From sequence record LC680885.1: DNA of 64,000 nucleotides; one strand, 5' to 3'. Positions within the stretch are counted from its first letter, which is position 1. Every line of letters starts with the position of its first letter. This document shows positions 36,147 to 45,164 of this stretch, in pieces. The notes beneath the pieces are model-generated. The model worked only from the letters and a program-made list of their open reading frames with translations, was not told the origin of the DNA and ran no database searches. This DNA comes from Staphylococcus phage S6. A program made the translations under genes and the position numbers.

Positions 36147-36171
36147 AATATAACTAAAGAGAGGTAATTTC

Positions 36172-36798
36172 ATGAGAAAAACAGTAAATCTATTTGATTG
36201 GTATATCTATAAAAATGGAGAATATACATTGATTCCTTACTTCTTCAGATTAGCTTCAGGATTATTAATATTAATTGTATTCTCATCTTTAACTGTAATT
36301 AATATTAAATTATCTTTTATATCATTAATGGTAACAATTCCAACATTTTTGATAATTAATCTATTAATTTATTTATATTTTAATAAAAATTGTCTTAGAG
36401 AATATGGAGAAATAAATAAATCTTTTAAAGTGAAAGATAAATATTATTCTTTTTGGTATATTGAATTAAATGAAGATAATGAGGTTTTTAAAGAAGCTTT
36501 TAATAATTTTAAAAATGAACACGAATGGATTATAGAAGAAGAAAATATAAAAAATCTATCAGAAATACTGTCACAAAAATTTTTTATAAAAGACACTAAA
36601 ATAGTAGAGACTGTAGCGAGAGAAAAAAGAAAACATTGGAAGAACAATATTGACACTAATAGACTGATAACTTATAGAGAGTTTCTTAAATATAGAAAGA
36701 ATAAAAAGAAATTTGAAGAGTCTAAGAAGTTAGAAAAGGAAATAAAAGAGTTTCAAGATTATTACAATTTAAACACTAAAGGAGAAATTAAAAAATGA
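36172..36798 (+). CDS. membrane protein (2 N-terminal TM) with basic C-terminal domain
   Basis: Hydrophobic residues 20-70, then a Lys/Arg/Glu-rich tail. Stop overlaps the next start (ATGA). Confidence 0.5.
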   Translation: MRKTVNLFDWYIYKNGEYTLIPYFFRLASGLLILIVFSSLTVINIKLSFISLMVTIPTFLIINLLIYLYFNKNCLREYGEINKSFKVKDKYYSFWYIELNEDNEVFKEAFNNFKNEHEWIIEEENIKNLSEILSQKFFIKDTKIVETVAREKRKHWKNNIDTNRLITYREFLKYRKNKKKFEESKKLEKEIKEFQDYYNLNTKGEIKK

Positions 36799-37259
36799 AT
36801 ACTAAAATAATCGCAGCATTTCCGGGTACAGGTAAATCTTACATCAAAAATAATATCTCATTCTTAAAAACATCTGATTCAGATTCAACTAGTTTTTCAT
36901 GGATAATTAAAGATGGAGAAAAAGTTAGAAATCCTAAATTTCCAACGAATTATATTAGTTATATTAAGGATCTCTATTATAAAAATGTAATGGATTATAT
37001 TTTCGTATCAACTCATAAAGAAGTTATCCAAGAGTTGATTGATAATAATTTAGAATTTGTAGTAGCTTATCCAAAACGTTCAGATAAAGAATTATATTTA
37101 AAGAGATACAAAGAAAGAGGTTCAGATAGTAAATTTATTGAGCTTCTTGATAATATGTTTGATAGTTTTATAGATGATATAGAGAATAGAGTTCCTGAAG
37201 AAAACAGAATTGAACTTAATCATAATGAATATTTAGCTAACGTATTAGATAAAATTTAA
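36795..37259 (+). CDS. P-loop NTPase, small kinase-like (dNMP/nucleoside kinase candidate)
   Basis: Walker A AAFPGTGKSY at residues 8-17 in a 154-aa protein, and a DxxD-containing acidic segment LLDNMFDSFIDD. Translationally coupled to the upstream gene. Confidence 0.45.
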   Translation: MNTKIIAAFPGTGKSYIKNNISFLKTSDSDSTSFSWIIKDGEKVRNPKFPTNYISYIKDLYYKNVMDYIFVSTHKEVIQELIDNNLEFVVAYPKRSDKELYLKRYKERGSDSKFIELLDNMFDSFIDDIENRVPEENRIELNHNEYLANVLDKI

Positions 37260-37276
37260 ATAAGGAGAAATTAAAA

Positions 37277-37735
37277 ATGAGATACTTTAAAGGTATAGTA
37301 GCAGGAAAAGACTTTTTCTTAAAAGCAGATAATGAAGAAAATGCCATTAAGGAATTAGCATCAAAAGAAATTAATTCTATAGGATCTTTTACAATGTTAA
37401 GTAATGAAAAACAGAAATACCTAATAATTTTCTTTAATGAAGATGAAGATAAATTTGTTGTTGGAAATGGATTAGAATCATATATATCATTAGACAGTCT
37501 TAAATCTGAATTAGAATCTAAAGATTTAGAATGTTATTATTTAGATTTAGGTAATACAGATAATATCGAGATAAACGGTATTATAAAAAATCAAGAATAC
37601 ACATTAACAGAAATAATAATGGAAAGTATTAAATTAACTATGAATGATTTTTATCAACAAGTTATAAATTCTGTATTAACTGAATTAACTGAAAAAGAAT
37701 ACAAAAATTCAATAGTTGTTAAAAATTTTAAATAA
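37277..37735 (+). CDS. MKYY/ENFK-tail family protein (dispersed member)
   Basis: Begins MRYFKGIVAGKDFFLKAD and ends TEKEYKNSIVVKNFK. Confidence 0.55.
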   Translation: MRYFKGIVAGKDFFLKADNEENAIKELASKEINSIGSFTMLSNEKQKYLIIFFNEDEDKFVVGNGLESYISLDSLKSELESKDLECYYLDLGNTDNIEINGIIKNQEYTLTEIIMESIKLTMNDFYQQVINSVLTELTEKEYKNSIVVKNFK

Positions 37736-37754
37736 CTAGGAAGGAATAAAAATA

Positions 37755-38225
37755 GTGAGAAATAAAAAAAGAAGCATAGATAGTTTGATAAATAATAATC
37801 TAGAATTACCAATTGAGATTACTGAAAATTATATAAATAATTTTATATACAAATCATTAACTGCTATAAATAAGAAAAAAGAAATAAAACCAAATCAAAC
37901 TTATATAATTAATCATAAGAATGAATTATTTAATAAAGCAGATAATTTCATAAATTGTATTTTAGAATTATTAAAAGGTGATGTGGGTACTTTAATAGAT
38001 AAAAAAGATTTAAAGTTAAAAAGAAATGTAAAGAAAGACAATATAAGTAATTGTCTTACAATATATACTATTGTAGAAACTTTAACTTACAATAATTCTA
38101 TAACAATGATGATGGTAAAAAATGTAAATAATACCAATAAGGAAGTAACTGGTGAACTAATATTTGATATTAATATAAGTGATAAATTAGGTAAAGATAA
38201 TTACAATGAAAATATTTATATTTAA
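37755..38225 (+). CDS. hypothetical protein (GTG start)
   Basis: AGGAAGGAATAAAAATAGTG ribosome binding site. 156 aa. Confidence 0.4.
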   Translation: MRNKKRSIDSLINNNLELPIEITENYINNFIYKSLTAINKKKEIKPNQTYIINHKNELFNKADNFINCILELLKGDVGTLIDKKDLKLKRNVKKDNISNCLTIYTIVETLTYNNSITMMMVKNVNNTNKEVTGELIFDINISDKLGKDNYNENIYI

Positions 38226-38286
38226 TTACTATTTAAATATATATTATATAAATGAAGTTAATTAAAATACAGGAGATGAATTGGAT

Positions 38287-38628
38287 ATGTTAAACGATAC
38301 TAAAAAGATTTTAGACAGAATATACGACAAAATAAATGGTGATTTAATTGTTATTTCAGAGTGTAAAGATCTATTTGATAAGGAATTAAATTACACTTTA
38401 ACTGAAGGTAATGAAGAAACAACAAATCTTGATTATTTGGCAGATTCTTTAATTGTAGTTGCTTCAGATATATTTACTTTAAAAGAAGTACTTAATATTG
38501 ACGAAGAAACTATTAATAATGAACTATTAGCAGAATTTAAACTAAGCTATAGAATGATACAAAATTTTCATATGAAATTAGAATTAAATAGTTATAAATT
38601 AAAAAAGATTAAAACCTCGGTTGAATAA
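38287..38628 (+). CDS. hypothetical acidic protein
   Basis: CAGGAGATGAATTGGATATG initiation context. The ORF track starts at TTG 38281. A TATATATTATATAAA box lies at 38238. Confidence 0.45.
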   Translation: MLNDTKKILDRIYDKINGDLIVISECKDLFDKELNYTLTEGNEETTNLDYLADSLIVVASDIFTLKEVLNIDEETINNELLAEFKLSYRMIQNFHMKLELNSYKLKKIKTSVE

Positions 38629-38647
38629 ATATAGGAGATGATTAGGA

Positions 38648-39133
38648 ATGAATTATTTAAAGAATGAAAAAGGGGAGGTCTTTCCAGTCAATGAAGAAGG
38701 AATGGAGAATATTATATTCTTTCTTCTAGACTACTCACAGAAAAATGATTATAACACAATGAATTTGATTAAAGAGATAAATGATCACGTGATGAAAGGC
38801 GAAAATATAAGTAATAAATTTATTAATGAAAAGACAAAAGAAACGATATTAACATTAGGTAAAGTAAAAGGTAATTTAACTAATGAATTAGCTAGAAGTG
38901 GTTATATAGTTAATTTCTCTAGAAATAAAATATCACTATCGATATATGTAAAAAATAATAGTTTTAAATTAGTAAGAATTTCAGATCATAATATTAATAA
39001 AAAAATAAATAAAAAAGGTGTAATCAGTAATAGATTTGACGGACAATTAGTATGTAAAAATAATCTAGTTAAATCTTCTGATTTGAAAAAGCATGGAATT
39101 GATATTAATGAAGGAATATATTATTTAGAATAG
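38648..39133 (+). CDS. hypothetical protein
   Basis: AGGAGATGATTAGGAATG initiation context. 161 aa, basic. Confidence 0.45.
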   Translation: MNYLKNEKGEVFPVNEEGMENIIFFLLDYSQKNDYNTMNLIKEINDHVMKGENISNKFINEKTKETILTLGKVKGNLTNELARSGYIVNFSRNKISLSIYVKNNSFKLVRISDHNINKKINKKGVISNRFDGQLVCKNNLVKSSDLKKHGIDINEGIYYLE

Positions 39134-39134
39134 G

Positions 39135-39428
39135 ATGAAACTATATATGAAAAAGATAATAATGTTTTTAGGTATTTTGTTACTAACAACGGTATTGGTC
39201 GGTTGTGGAGAAAGTGTTGATTCAAAAGATAAAAAAGATTCAATCAAAACAGTAACTATTTATAGTAAAGACGGTAAAGTATTACATCAATATGAAGGAA
39301 AAGTTAGTGCTGAGAGAGTAACGGATAACAAATTTACTAAAATTGATATAGACGGTAAGAAATTAAGAGTTGTAAATGCAGATGTAGTTATTGAAGAGAA
39401 AGGTATTGAGAAATTTGAAACAAAATAA
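39135..39428 (+). CDS. lipoprotein (LVGCG lipobox)
   Basis: MKKIIMFLGILLLTTVLVGCGES signal peptide. The probable start is the ATG at 39150. Overlaps the previous stop. Confidence 0.5.
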   Translation: MKLYMKKIIMFLGILLLTTVLVGCGESVDSKDKKDSIKTVTIYSKDGKVLHQYEGKVSAERVTDNKFTKIDIDGKKLRVVNADVVIEEKGIEKFETK

Positions 39429-39505
39429 AGATTAAGTATATATTATAATTATGAAGAAAGATATTATCATATATCTTTCTAATAAAATTAATGGAGGAAT
39501 TTGTT
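39425..39505 (+). repeat. intergenic repeat A copy 4
   Basis: AAGATTAAGTATATATTATAATTATGAAGAAAGATAT (loop) ATATCTTTCTAATAAAATTAATGGAGGAATTTGTTATG. Confidence 0.5.
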
Positions 39506-39802
39506 ATGGCAAAATTAAATGAAGAAGTATTAAGAGACTTTCAAGTAAAAACTGAAATTGATGGAGAATTTGAAGTAATGGAATCTGATGAGCTTGGTGT
39601 TGATGAAGCTTATGAAATTGAATTAATTAAAGAATTGGGATTAGATGTCGATTCAAGTGTATTCTCTTATGCAATATCAGAAAAAGATGATGAAGAAAAT
39701 ACGTATACTTTAGAATATAGTCATGAAGGCGTTCTATTAACTATTCATGATATCGATTTTGAAAATGGTATTCATGATACTATTTATAAAAATGTAATTT
39801 AA
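39506..39802 (+). CDS. small strongly acidic protein
   Basis: GGAGGA ribosome binding site 8 nt before the ATG at 39506. About 28% Asp+Glu. The ORF track begins at 39491 inside the ribosome binding site. Confidence 0.45.
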   Translation: MAKLNEEVLRDFQVKTEIDGEFEVMESDELGVDEAYEIELIKELGLDVDSSVFSYAISEKDDEENTYTLEYSHEGVLLTIHDIDFENGIHDTIYKNVI

Positions 39803-39885
39803 TGATTTAAGTATAGCTGATATCTTTAACGGATATCAGCTATATTATTTTTATTTTTTTACTTAAAGGAGATGAAAAGGATAAT

Positions 39886-40497
39886 ATGAATTATTTTGAA
39901 TTGGAATATACAGGTTTAATTAATAATAATAAATTAGATAATCTAGTTCTACACAAACAAGAAAATGAAGAAATTGAATCGGGTGTTTTAAATATGGTTT
40001 TATTTAAATTGTATCTAAAAGAATTCTATAATGATAATATGGATGATAATGATTTATGTAAGAAACTAAAAATGGAAATAAGAAGTATTCATAGTTATAA
40101 TAATTCAGAAATTTATATTAATGAAGACTTTGCTGAAATATATGATGGTATTAATCCGAATAATAATATTAAATCAGGAAAAATAAATAAAGATTATGAA
40201 TATTTATTTAAATTTATTAAAGATAATATAAATGAAAAAGATTTAAATAATATACATGTGATTAAATTTACAACATTTGAAATAGAGAAATATAAACCTG
40301 TTGTGATTTTTATAAACTCAGATAAACTTAGAATTAAGACCAATAAATCAATTAGTAGATATACATCAACAAATGAATTTGTATTCTATAATATTTCAAG
40401 CGAAAGTTTATATACATTAATGAAAAATACAAATAGAATAAGAAATATAACGGAAAAAGAATATAAAAAAGAATTAGTTAAAAGGAGTTTTTTATAA
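39886..40497 (+). CDS. MKYY/ENFK-tail family protein, array 2 member 1
   Basis: GGAGATGAAAAGGATAATATG initiation context. Begins MNYFELEYTGLINNNKLD and ends TEKEYKKELVKRSFL. Confidence 0.5.
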   Translation: MNYFELEYTGLINNNKLDNLVLHKQENEEIESGVLNMVLFKLYLKEFYNDNMDDNDLCKKLKMEIRSIHSYNNSEIYINEDFAEIYDGINPNNNIKSGKINKDYEYLFKFIKDNINEKDLNNIHVIKFTTFEIEKYKPVVIFINSDKLRIKTNKSISRYTSTNEFVFYNISSESLYTLMKNTNRIRNITEKEYKKELVKRSFL

Positions 40498-41045
40498 TGT
40501 ATGAAGTTAATAAAAAATTTAAATATGCTAAAAGAGATAAAGAATTCACATTATTCCACCATAAATCAAAAGAAAAAATAACTGATTCATTTATAATTAA
40601 TAATTATATTTCATATGTATTATATCAATGCTACGAAAGAACACCAGGAAATGCAGAAGTTTGGTTGGAAATTAATGATATAAATAATATAAAAGGTGAT
40701 TTCTTATTTAAATTTATGTTTGACAACAGACCTTCTTTTGGTTCTAATTATTTTCCTAAGTGTAAATTAAATATACAAGATAACAGTGATAATAATATTG
40801 TAACTATTGAATTTAGTGATAAATATAAAAGACATAATTTTATTCTAGAAGAAATATCTAAATTTAATAATGTTCATATTAATTTTTATGAAGAAGTATT
40901 ATTTACTAATGAAGATGAAGAATTCAAGTTATTAAAGAATGTATTTAAAACTGATAACATTAAATATTACCAAAATAAAGATTTAATTAGTTATATTTCA
41001 GACAAAGAAGCTAGAAAAATTTTAGTAAAAGAAAACTTTAAATAG
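40497..41045 (+). CDS. ENFK-tail family protein, array 2 member 2
   Basis: Start overlaps the upstream stop (TAATG). Ends DKEARKILVKENFK. Confidence 0.5.
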   Translation: MYEVNKKFKYAKRDKEFTLFHHKSKEKITDSFIINNYISYVLYQCYERTPGNAEVWLEINDINNIKGDFLFKFMFDNRPSFGSNYFPKCKLNIQDNSDNNIVTIEFSDKYKRHNFILEEISKFNNVHINFYEEVLFTNEDEEFKLLKNVFKTDNIKYYQNKDLISYISDKEARKILVKENFK

Positions 41046-41061
41046 AATAGGGGCAAATAAA

Positions 41062-41595
41062 TTGAATAAATATTTTAAATTTAAATTAAATAATAAAAGT
41101 GATTACGATGTATTTAAATTTTCAGGAAATGAAGAAGAAATAAGCGATTCTAAAATTATAGAGTCTTATTTTGATTATATGTTTAATTATTATATAAATG
41201 AAGCAATACCTGACTCCAGTATGATTAATATTGCTGTATTTACTGAAGGTAAAAGAAAAAGATTATTGAGATTTACTATAGATAAACCACCAATTTATAT
41301 AAAAGAGCCAGTTAGTACTTTATTTATGAATGAAAATGATGAAGATAAACAAATTAATTTTAAAGAATTTAACGAAATTAAAAAATTTATACACGAAAAG
41401 ATTATGGAATTGAATAAAGGTGAATTTTATATTTATATTGATTATAATTTTGATTATTCTTATAGAATAGATTACGATGATGTATTTGATAAAATATTAT
41501 TTAATAAAAATAATCTAAATCTTTATTCATCATTTATTAAAGAAACAGATGAAAATGAATATAAAAATTATCTAGTAAGAGAGAATTTTAAATAA
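41062..41595 (+). CDS. MKYY/ENFK-tail family protein, array 2 member 3 (TTG start)
   Basis: Begins MNKYFKFKLNNKSDYDVFKF and ends ENEYKNYLVRENFK. Confidence 0.5.
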   Translation: MNKYFKFKLNNKSDYDVFKFSGNEEEISDSKIIESYFDYMFNYYINEAIPDSSMINIAVFTEGKRKRLLRFTIDKPPIYIKEPVSTLFMNENDEDKQINFKEFNEIKKFIHEKIMELNKGEFYIYIDYNFDYSYRIDYDDVFDKILFNKNNLNLYSSFIKETDENEYKNYLVRENFK

Positions 41596-41612
41596 GGAAG
41601 TGAGACAGATAA

Positions 41613-42389
41613 ATGGAATATGTTATGATAAATAAATTATTAACAAAAAATGATTCATCTGAATTAAAAATAAACATGGTTAAACTATATAAAGAGGAAG
41701 AAGACTTTTTCAATTTCTTTTTAAACTTTATTATAGAATATAATTCATATTATATAGGAAATTATAAATACTTTTATAGTATAGATTCATTATCAGATTA
41801 TAATTCAGATTATCAAATAAATGGAAATCCTTATGTGCCATTTGAGGAAGGGATAAAGGTAAATGAAGTCATTCATATTTATAAAAATAAATTATTTAGG
41901 AATATAAGTAAAGATATTGAAAATAGAATAACCGTACTTTATGTAGAAGACAAAGAAGACGATATTTCCTATTATATATTAATATCTAATTACTTTAATA
42001 AAAAATTTAAAAAAGAATATAAAGAAGAACTTCCCGATAAAGAAAAATTGTTAGCTAGACTTATAGTAAGATCCTTTCTAAATGAAAAAATTTTATTAGA
42101 TTCACATTCAGAATTTTTAGTTATTAAAGATAAAGAAAAATTGAATAATTTAATTAATAATTTAATGAAAAATCAAAAATACAAAATTTTAAATTTTGAT
42201 TTCTTAAGTAATAGGGAATTAAAATATAATGGAGTAATATTTAATACAAATTTATATGATAATAAACTAATCCTGAAGTATTTAAAAGGAATAGACTACA
42301 AAGATATTATTAATAAAGATAAAGAAAAAATTACGTTTATAAATGAAAAAGGATATAAAAAACTAGCATTGAAAGAATCATTTAAATAA
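41613..42389 (+). CDS. ENFK-tail family protein, array 2 member 4
   Basis: 258 aa. Ends KGYKKLALKESFK. Confidence 0.45.
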   Translation: MEYVMINKLLTKNDSSELKINMVKLYKEEEDFFNFFLNFIIEYNSYYIGNYKYFYSIDSLSDYNSDYQINGNPYVPFEEGIKVNEVIHIYKNKLFRNISKDIENRITVLYVEDKEDDISYYILISNYFNKKFKKEYKEELPDKEKLLARLIVRSFLNEKILLDSHSEFLVIKDKEKLNNLINNLMKNQKYKILNFDFLSNRELKYNGVIFNTNLYDNKLILKYLKGIDYKDIINKDKEKITFINEKGYKKLALKESFK

Positions 42390-42401
42390 ATAATAAATAT
42401 T

Positions 42402-42458
42402 CTCATCCATTCATTATATAATAACTTTTAATTATATAATAATTTTTAGAATGGATGA
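42402..42458 (+). promoter_or_regulatory. long hairpin with internal direct repeat inside array 2
   Basis: Stem CTCATCCATTC / GAATGGATGAG encloses two 17-18-nt direct repeats, ATTATATAATAACTTTT and ATTATATAATAATTTTT. Confidence 0.35.
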
Positions 42459-42467
42459 GATGCTTTT

Positions 42468-43127
42468 ATGAGTAATTATTTATATCGTTTTAACAAAGAG
42501 AATGTAAATATCTTCTATCATAAAAGGACTAATAATGGTCATAAAATGTTATTTAATAATAGTAATGATAAAGATAGATCTATATACTTAATAAATACTG
42601 ATGAAGAAATCAATAATATGGAACTAGTATCTAAATATATTGCTGGAAAAGTATTTGAAATACTAAACCAAGAAAATATGAAAATAGTACATATGGATTT
42701 CTTTAATAGTAAATTAGAATTCTTTATAAGTAGATCATCCAAGAATAAATATATAATGAATATGTATTTTAGTTTAAAAAGTTATAATGATCTAATAGAA
42801 AATGAAAAAGAATTTATAGATAGTGTTAATGAGCTTAATTTAGACTTTTTAAAATCAGTTTCTTTAGATCAAGACAATAATCATGTATTAGATATGACAT
42901 TAATATTTTTAATAGATAAAAATAAAATAGATGAATTTATTAAAAATCTATTTTACATTAATTATGTAAAGATAATAGAATTTATAATAGATACTATATC
43001 AGTATATGCAGATGATTACAAGAAATTTAATGAAGAAATAAATATTCTTTTGGATCATAGAAATTTTGTAGAGGAAATAACATATAAAGAATATAAAAAG
43101 ATAATGACAAAAGAGATGTTTATTTAA
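42468..43127 (+). CDS. ENFK-tail family protein, array 2 member 5
   Basis: 219 aa. Ends TYKEYKKIMTKEMFI. Confidence 0.45.
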   Translation: MSNYLYRFNKENVNIFYHKRTNNGHKMLFNNSNDKDRSIYLINTDEEINNMELVSKYIAGKVFEILNQENMKIVHMDFFNSKLEFFISRSSKNKYIMNMYFSLKSYNDLIENEKEFIDSVNELNLDFLKSVSLDQDNNHVLDMTLIFLIDKNKIDEFIKNLFYINYVKIIEFIIDTISVYADDYKKFNEEINILLDHRNFVEEITYKEYKKIMTKEMFI

Positions 43128-43140
43128 GGAGTAATTAACT

Positions 43141-43851
43141 ATGAAGATTTCAGCCAATAAAGAATTATTAGGAAAGAAAGTTATACCTTTAGGTTTTAAA
43201 CAACTTAATAACTTATATAAAGATCATGATTATGTATATTTAAGAATTCCTGAAATATTTAATGTATTTGATAAGTATCAATTTAAAGATGATAAATTTG
43301 TATATCTTAAAACAGAAATAAAACCCAGTACTATTGTAGATTTAATAGATTCTTTATCAAGTGGTTTTAATTGGTTAATAAATGAATATATTTCTAATGA
43401 TATACTAAATATACATTATATAAAGAAAAATTTATTAGACATTTCCAATAGTGAATATAAAACTCTAGAAGAAACAAGATCTCAGTTAGATTTAGAATTA
43501 GAATTCATAAGTAGTAATGAAAAACAAAGAAAGCAATCTAATATTTTAATAAAGGATATTCATAAAGAAATAAATTATATAAGGAATGAATACACAAAAG
43601 TATTCACTCTTAAGAAAAGTAAAACCAGAAATAATAAACCAATAAAAATAAAAATTAGAAATTTATATGATGAAGATCCAATATCTATATTAAAAATAAT
43701 ATTAGACTTAGGAGAAGAATATTGTATGAATAGTACTATATTTAACGCATTTACTTATTCATTAATGTTAACAAATAATTTAGATTTCATAGACGAAAAA
43801 GAATTTCAGGATATAGTTAAGAAAGAGAAAGTGAAAAATACTTTCATTTAA
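43141..43851 (+). CDS. ENFK-tail family protein, array 2 member 6
   Basis: 236 aa. Ends EFQDIVKKEKVKNTFI. Confidence 0.45.
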   Translation: MKISANKELLGKKVIPLGFKQLNNLYKDHDYVYLRIPEIFNVFDKYQFKDDKFVYLKTEIKPSTIVDLIDSLSSGFNWLINEYISNDILNIHYIKKNLLDISNSEYKTLEETRSQLDLELEFISSNEKQRKQSNILIKDIHKEINYIRNEYTKVFTLKKSKTRNNKPIKIKIRNLYDEDPISILKIILDLGEEYCMNSTIFNAFTYSLMLTNNLDFIDEKEFQDIVKKEKVKNTFI

Positions 43852-43860
43852 AACATTATT

Positions 43861-43915
43861 CATATAGTTTGAGGAAATTTTCCTCAAACTATATGAATTA
43901 TTTTATTTTTTTTTC
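43861..43915 (+). terminator. rho-independent terminator
   Basis: Stem CATATAGTTTGAGG / CCTCAAACTATATG with a 7-nt loop, followed by AATTATTTTATTTTTTTTTC. Confidence 0.75.
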
Positions 43916-44048
43916 TAAAAATATAAACTAATTTATATTAATAATTTTTATAATGTATCATTCACTTAGTCGCAAATATTTATTTATTTTAAGAACATAA
44001 ATTTTATATCAAATAATATAGAATTTTTAAAAAGGAGAATTTAATTTT

Positions 44049-44612
44049 ATGGAAAAATATGATAAATTAACTGAAGAATTAGAAGCTTTATATGAGCAAT
44101 CTCAAGAAGAAGCTCTAGAAGAACAGTTCGAAAGCATTATCGAATCAACTGATGAAGATAAAGCAGAAGAAGTTGAAGATAAAGATTCTAAAGAAGATTC
44201 AGACGAAGAAGAAACATCTGTTGAAGAACAATTTAACAGTATCTTAGAATCAGAAGATGAAGAATCTGATGAGGAAGAAGATGACGAAGATTCAGAAGAA
44301 GAACCGGTTGAAGAATCTGATGAGGAAGATTCAGAAGACGATTCAGAAGATGATGAAGATTCTTTAGAAGAAGAATTAAATCGTTTATTTGAAGAAAATG
44401 AAGACCCAGAAATGGATGTCGAAAAGCAAACTACAAAAGCTAATGACATGAACTCAAAAAAATCATCTGACTCTACTGAACATCCTGAAGAAGATGTGAA
44501 AAAAATCACTTCAGAAGATGAAGACGAAGAAGAAGATGCTGAAGATGACGAAGAAGAATCTACTAATGAAGATGAATCATTAGAAGAATCATTAGATCGT
44601 ATCTTTGGTTAA
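44049..44612 (+). CDS. extremely acidic Glu/Asp/Ser-rich protein
   Basis: 187 aa with long runs such as EEDDEDSEEEPVEESDEEDSEDDSEDDEDS. AAAGGAGAATTTAATTTTATG start context. Confidence 0.5.
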   Translation: MEKYDKLTEELEALYEQSQEEALEEQFESIIESTDEDKAEEVEDKDSKEDSDEEETSVEEQFNSILESEDEESDEEEDDEDSEEEPVEESDEEDSEDDSEDDEDSLEEELNRLFEENEDPEMDVEKQTTKANDMNSKKSSDSTEHPEEDVKKITSEDEDEEEDAEDDEEESTNEDESLEESLDRIFG

Positions 44613-44633
44613 TTATTAATTAATCTTTAAAAT

Positions 44634-44685
44634 ATCCCCTAACCTTATTAATTTAAGGTTAGGGGATTAATATTGTATTTTTTAT
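44634..44685. terminator. bidirectional terminator at the plus/minus block junction
   Basis: Stem ATCCCCTAACCTT / AAGGTTAGGGGAT with an 8-nt loop, followed by TAATATTGTATTTTTTAT. It is the most GC-rich hairpin in the window. Confidence 0.7.
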
Positions 44686-45140
44686 CTGAAATAATTAGTA
44701 TTATCAGTCATTTTTCTTCCAAAAGCATCTAGTCCATCTAATGGATTAACTTTATCTCCAGTTGTTTTAAAATCATCTCCACCATAAGTGCCGCTAAAAT
44801 TTGTATCTACGCCTTTAGATAATTCTTCACTCATTTTATTTAAGTGTCTTACTCTTTCAACTTTTCTCTGATAATAGTCTTCTGCTTCTTGTTGAGATTT
44901 TAATCTATTTTCATCAATAGTTTCGTTATCTTTTAATTTAGTTACTGGAGTAAAACCATCCATAACTACATAAAATTTATCAATTTGATCCTGATAAATA
45001 AAAGGTATTTTAGTTTTTAAATGTAAAGTAGTTGGTTCATCTTCATACTGTAATGTCTCATATTCAAGTATATTACCTTCTTTATCGACAGTGACAGATA
45101 TATCCATCATAATTTCTTCTTTTTTCTTTTCTTCTGACAA
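44682..45140 (-). CDS. hypothetical protein (structural block)
   Basis: 152-aa ORF. First gene of the minus-strand block, reading toward the terminator. Confidence 0.45.
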   Translation of the reverse strand: MSEEKKKEEIMMDISVTVDKEGNILEYETLQYEDEPTTLHLKTKIPFIYQDQIDKFYVVMDGFTPVTKLKDNETIDENRLKSQQEAEDYYQRKVERVRHLNKMSEELSKGVDTNFSGTYGGDDFKTTGDKVNPLDGLDAFGRKMTDNTNYFR

Positions 45141-45164
45141 GTCTTTTCATCTCTCTTTCATATT

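Noticed and set aside
44102-44509. Minus-strand Ser-rich ORF antisense to the acidic protein gene
   Set aside because: Complement of GAA/GAT-rich codons gives TTC/ATC runs. This is a typical shadow ORF of a biased gene.
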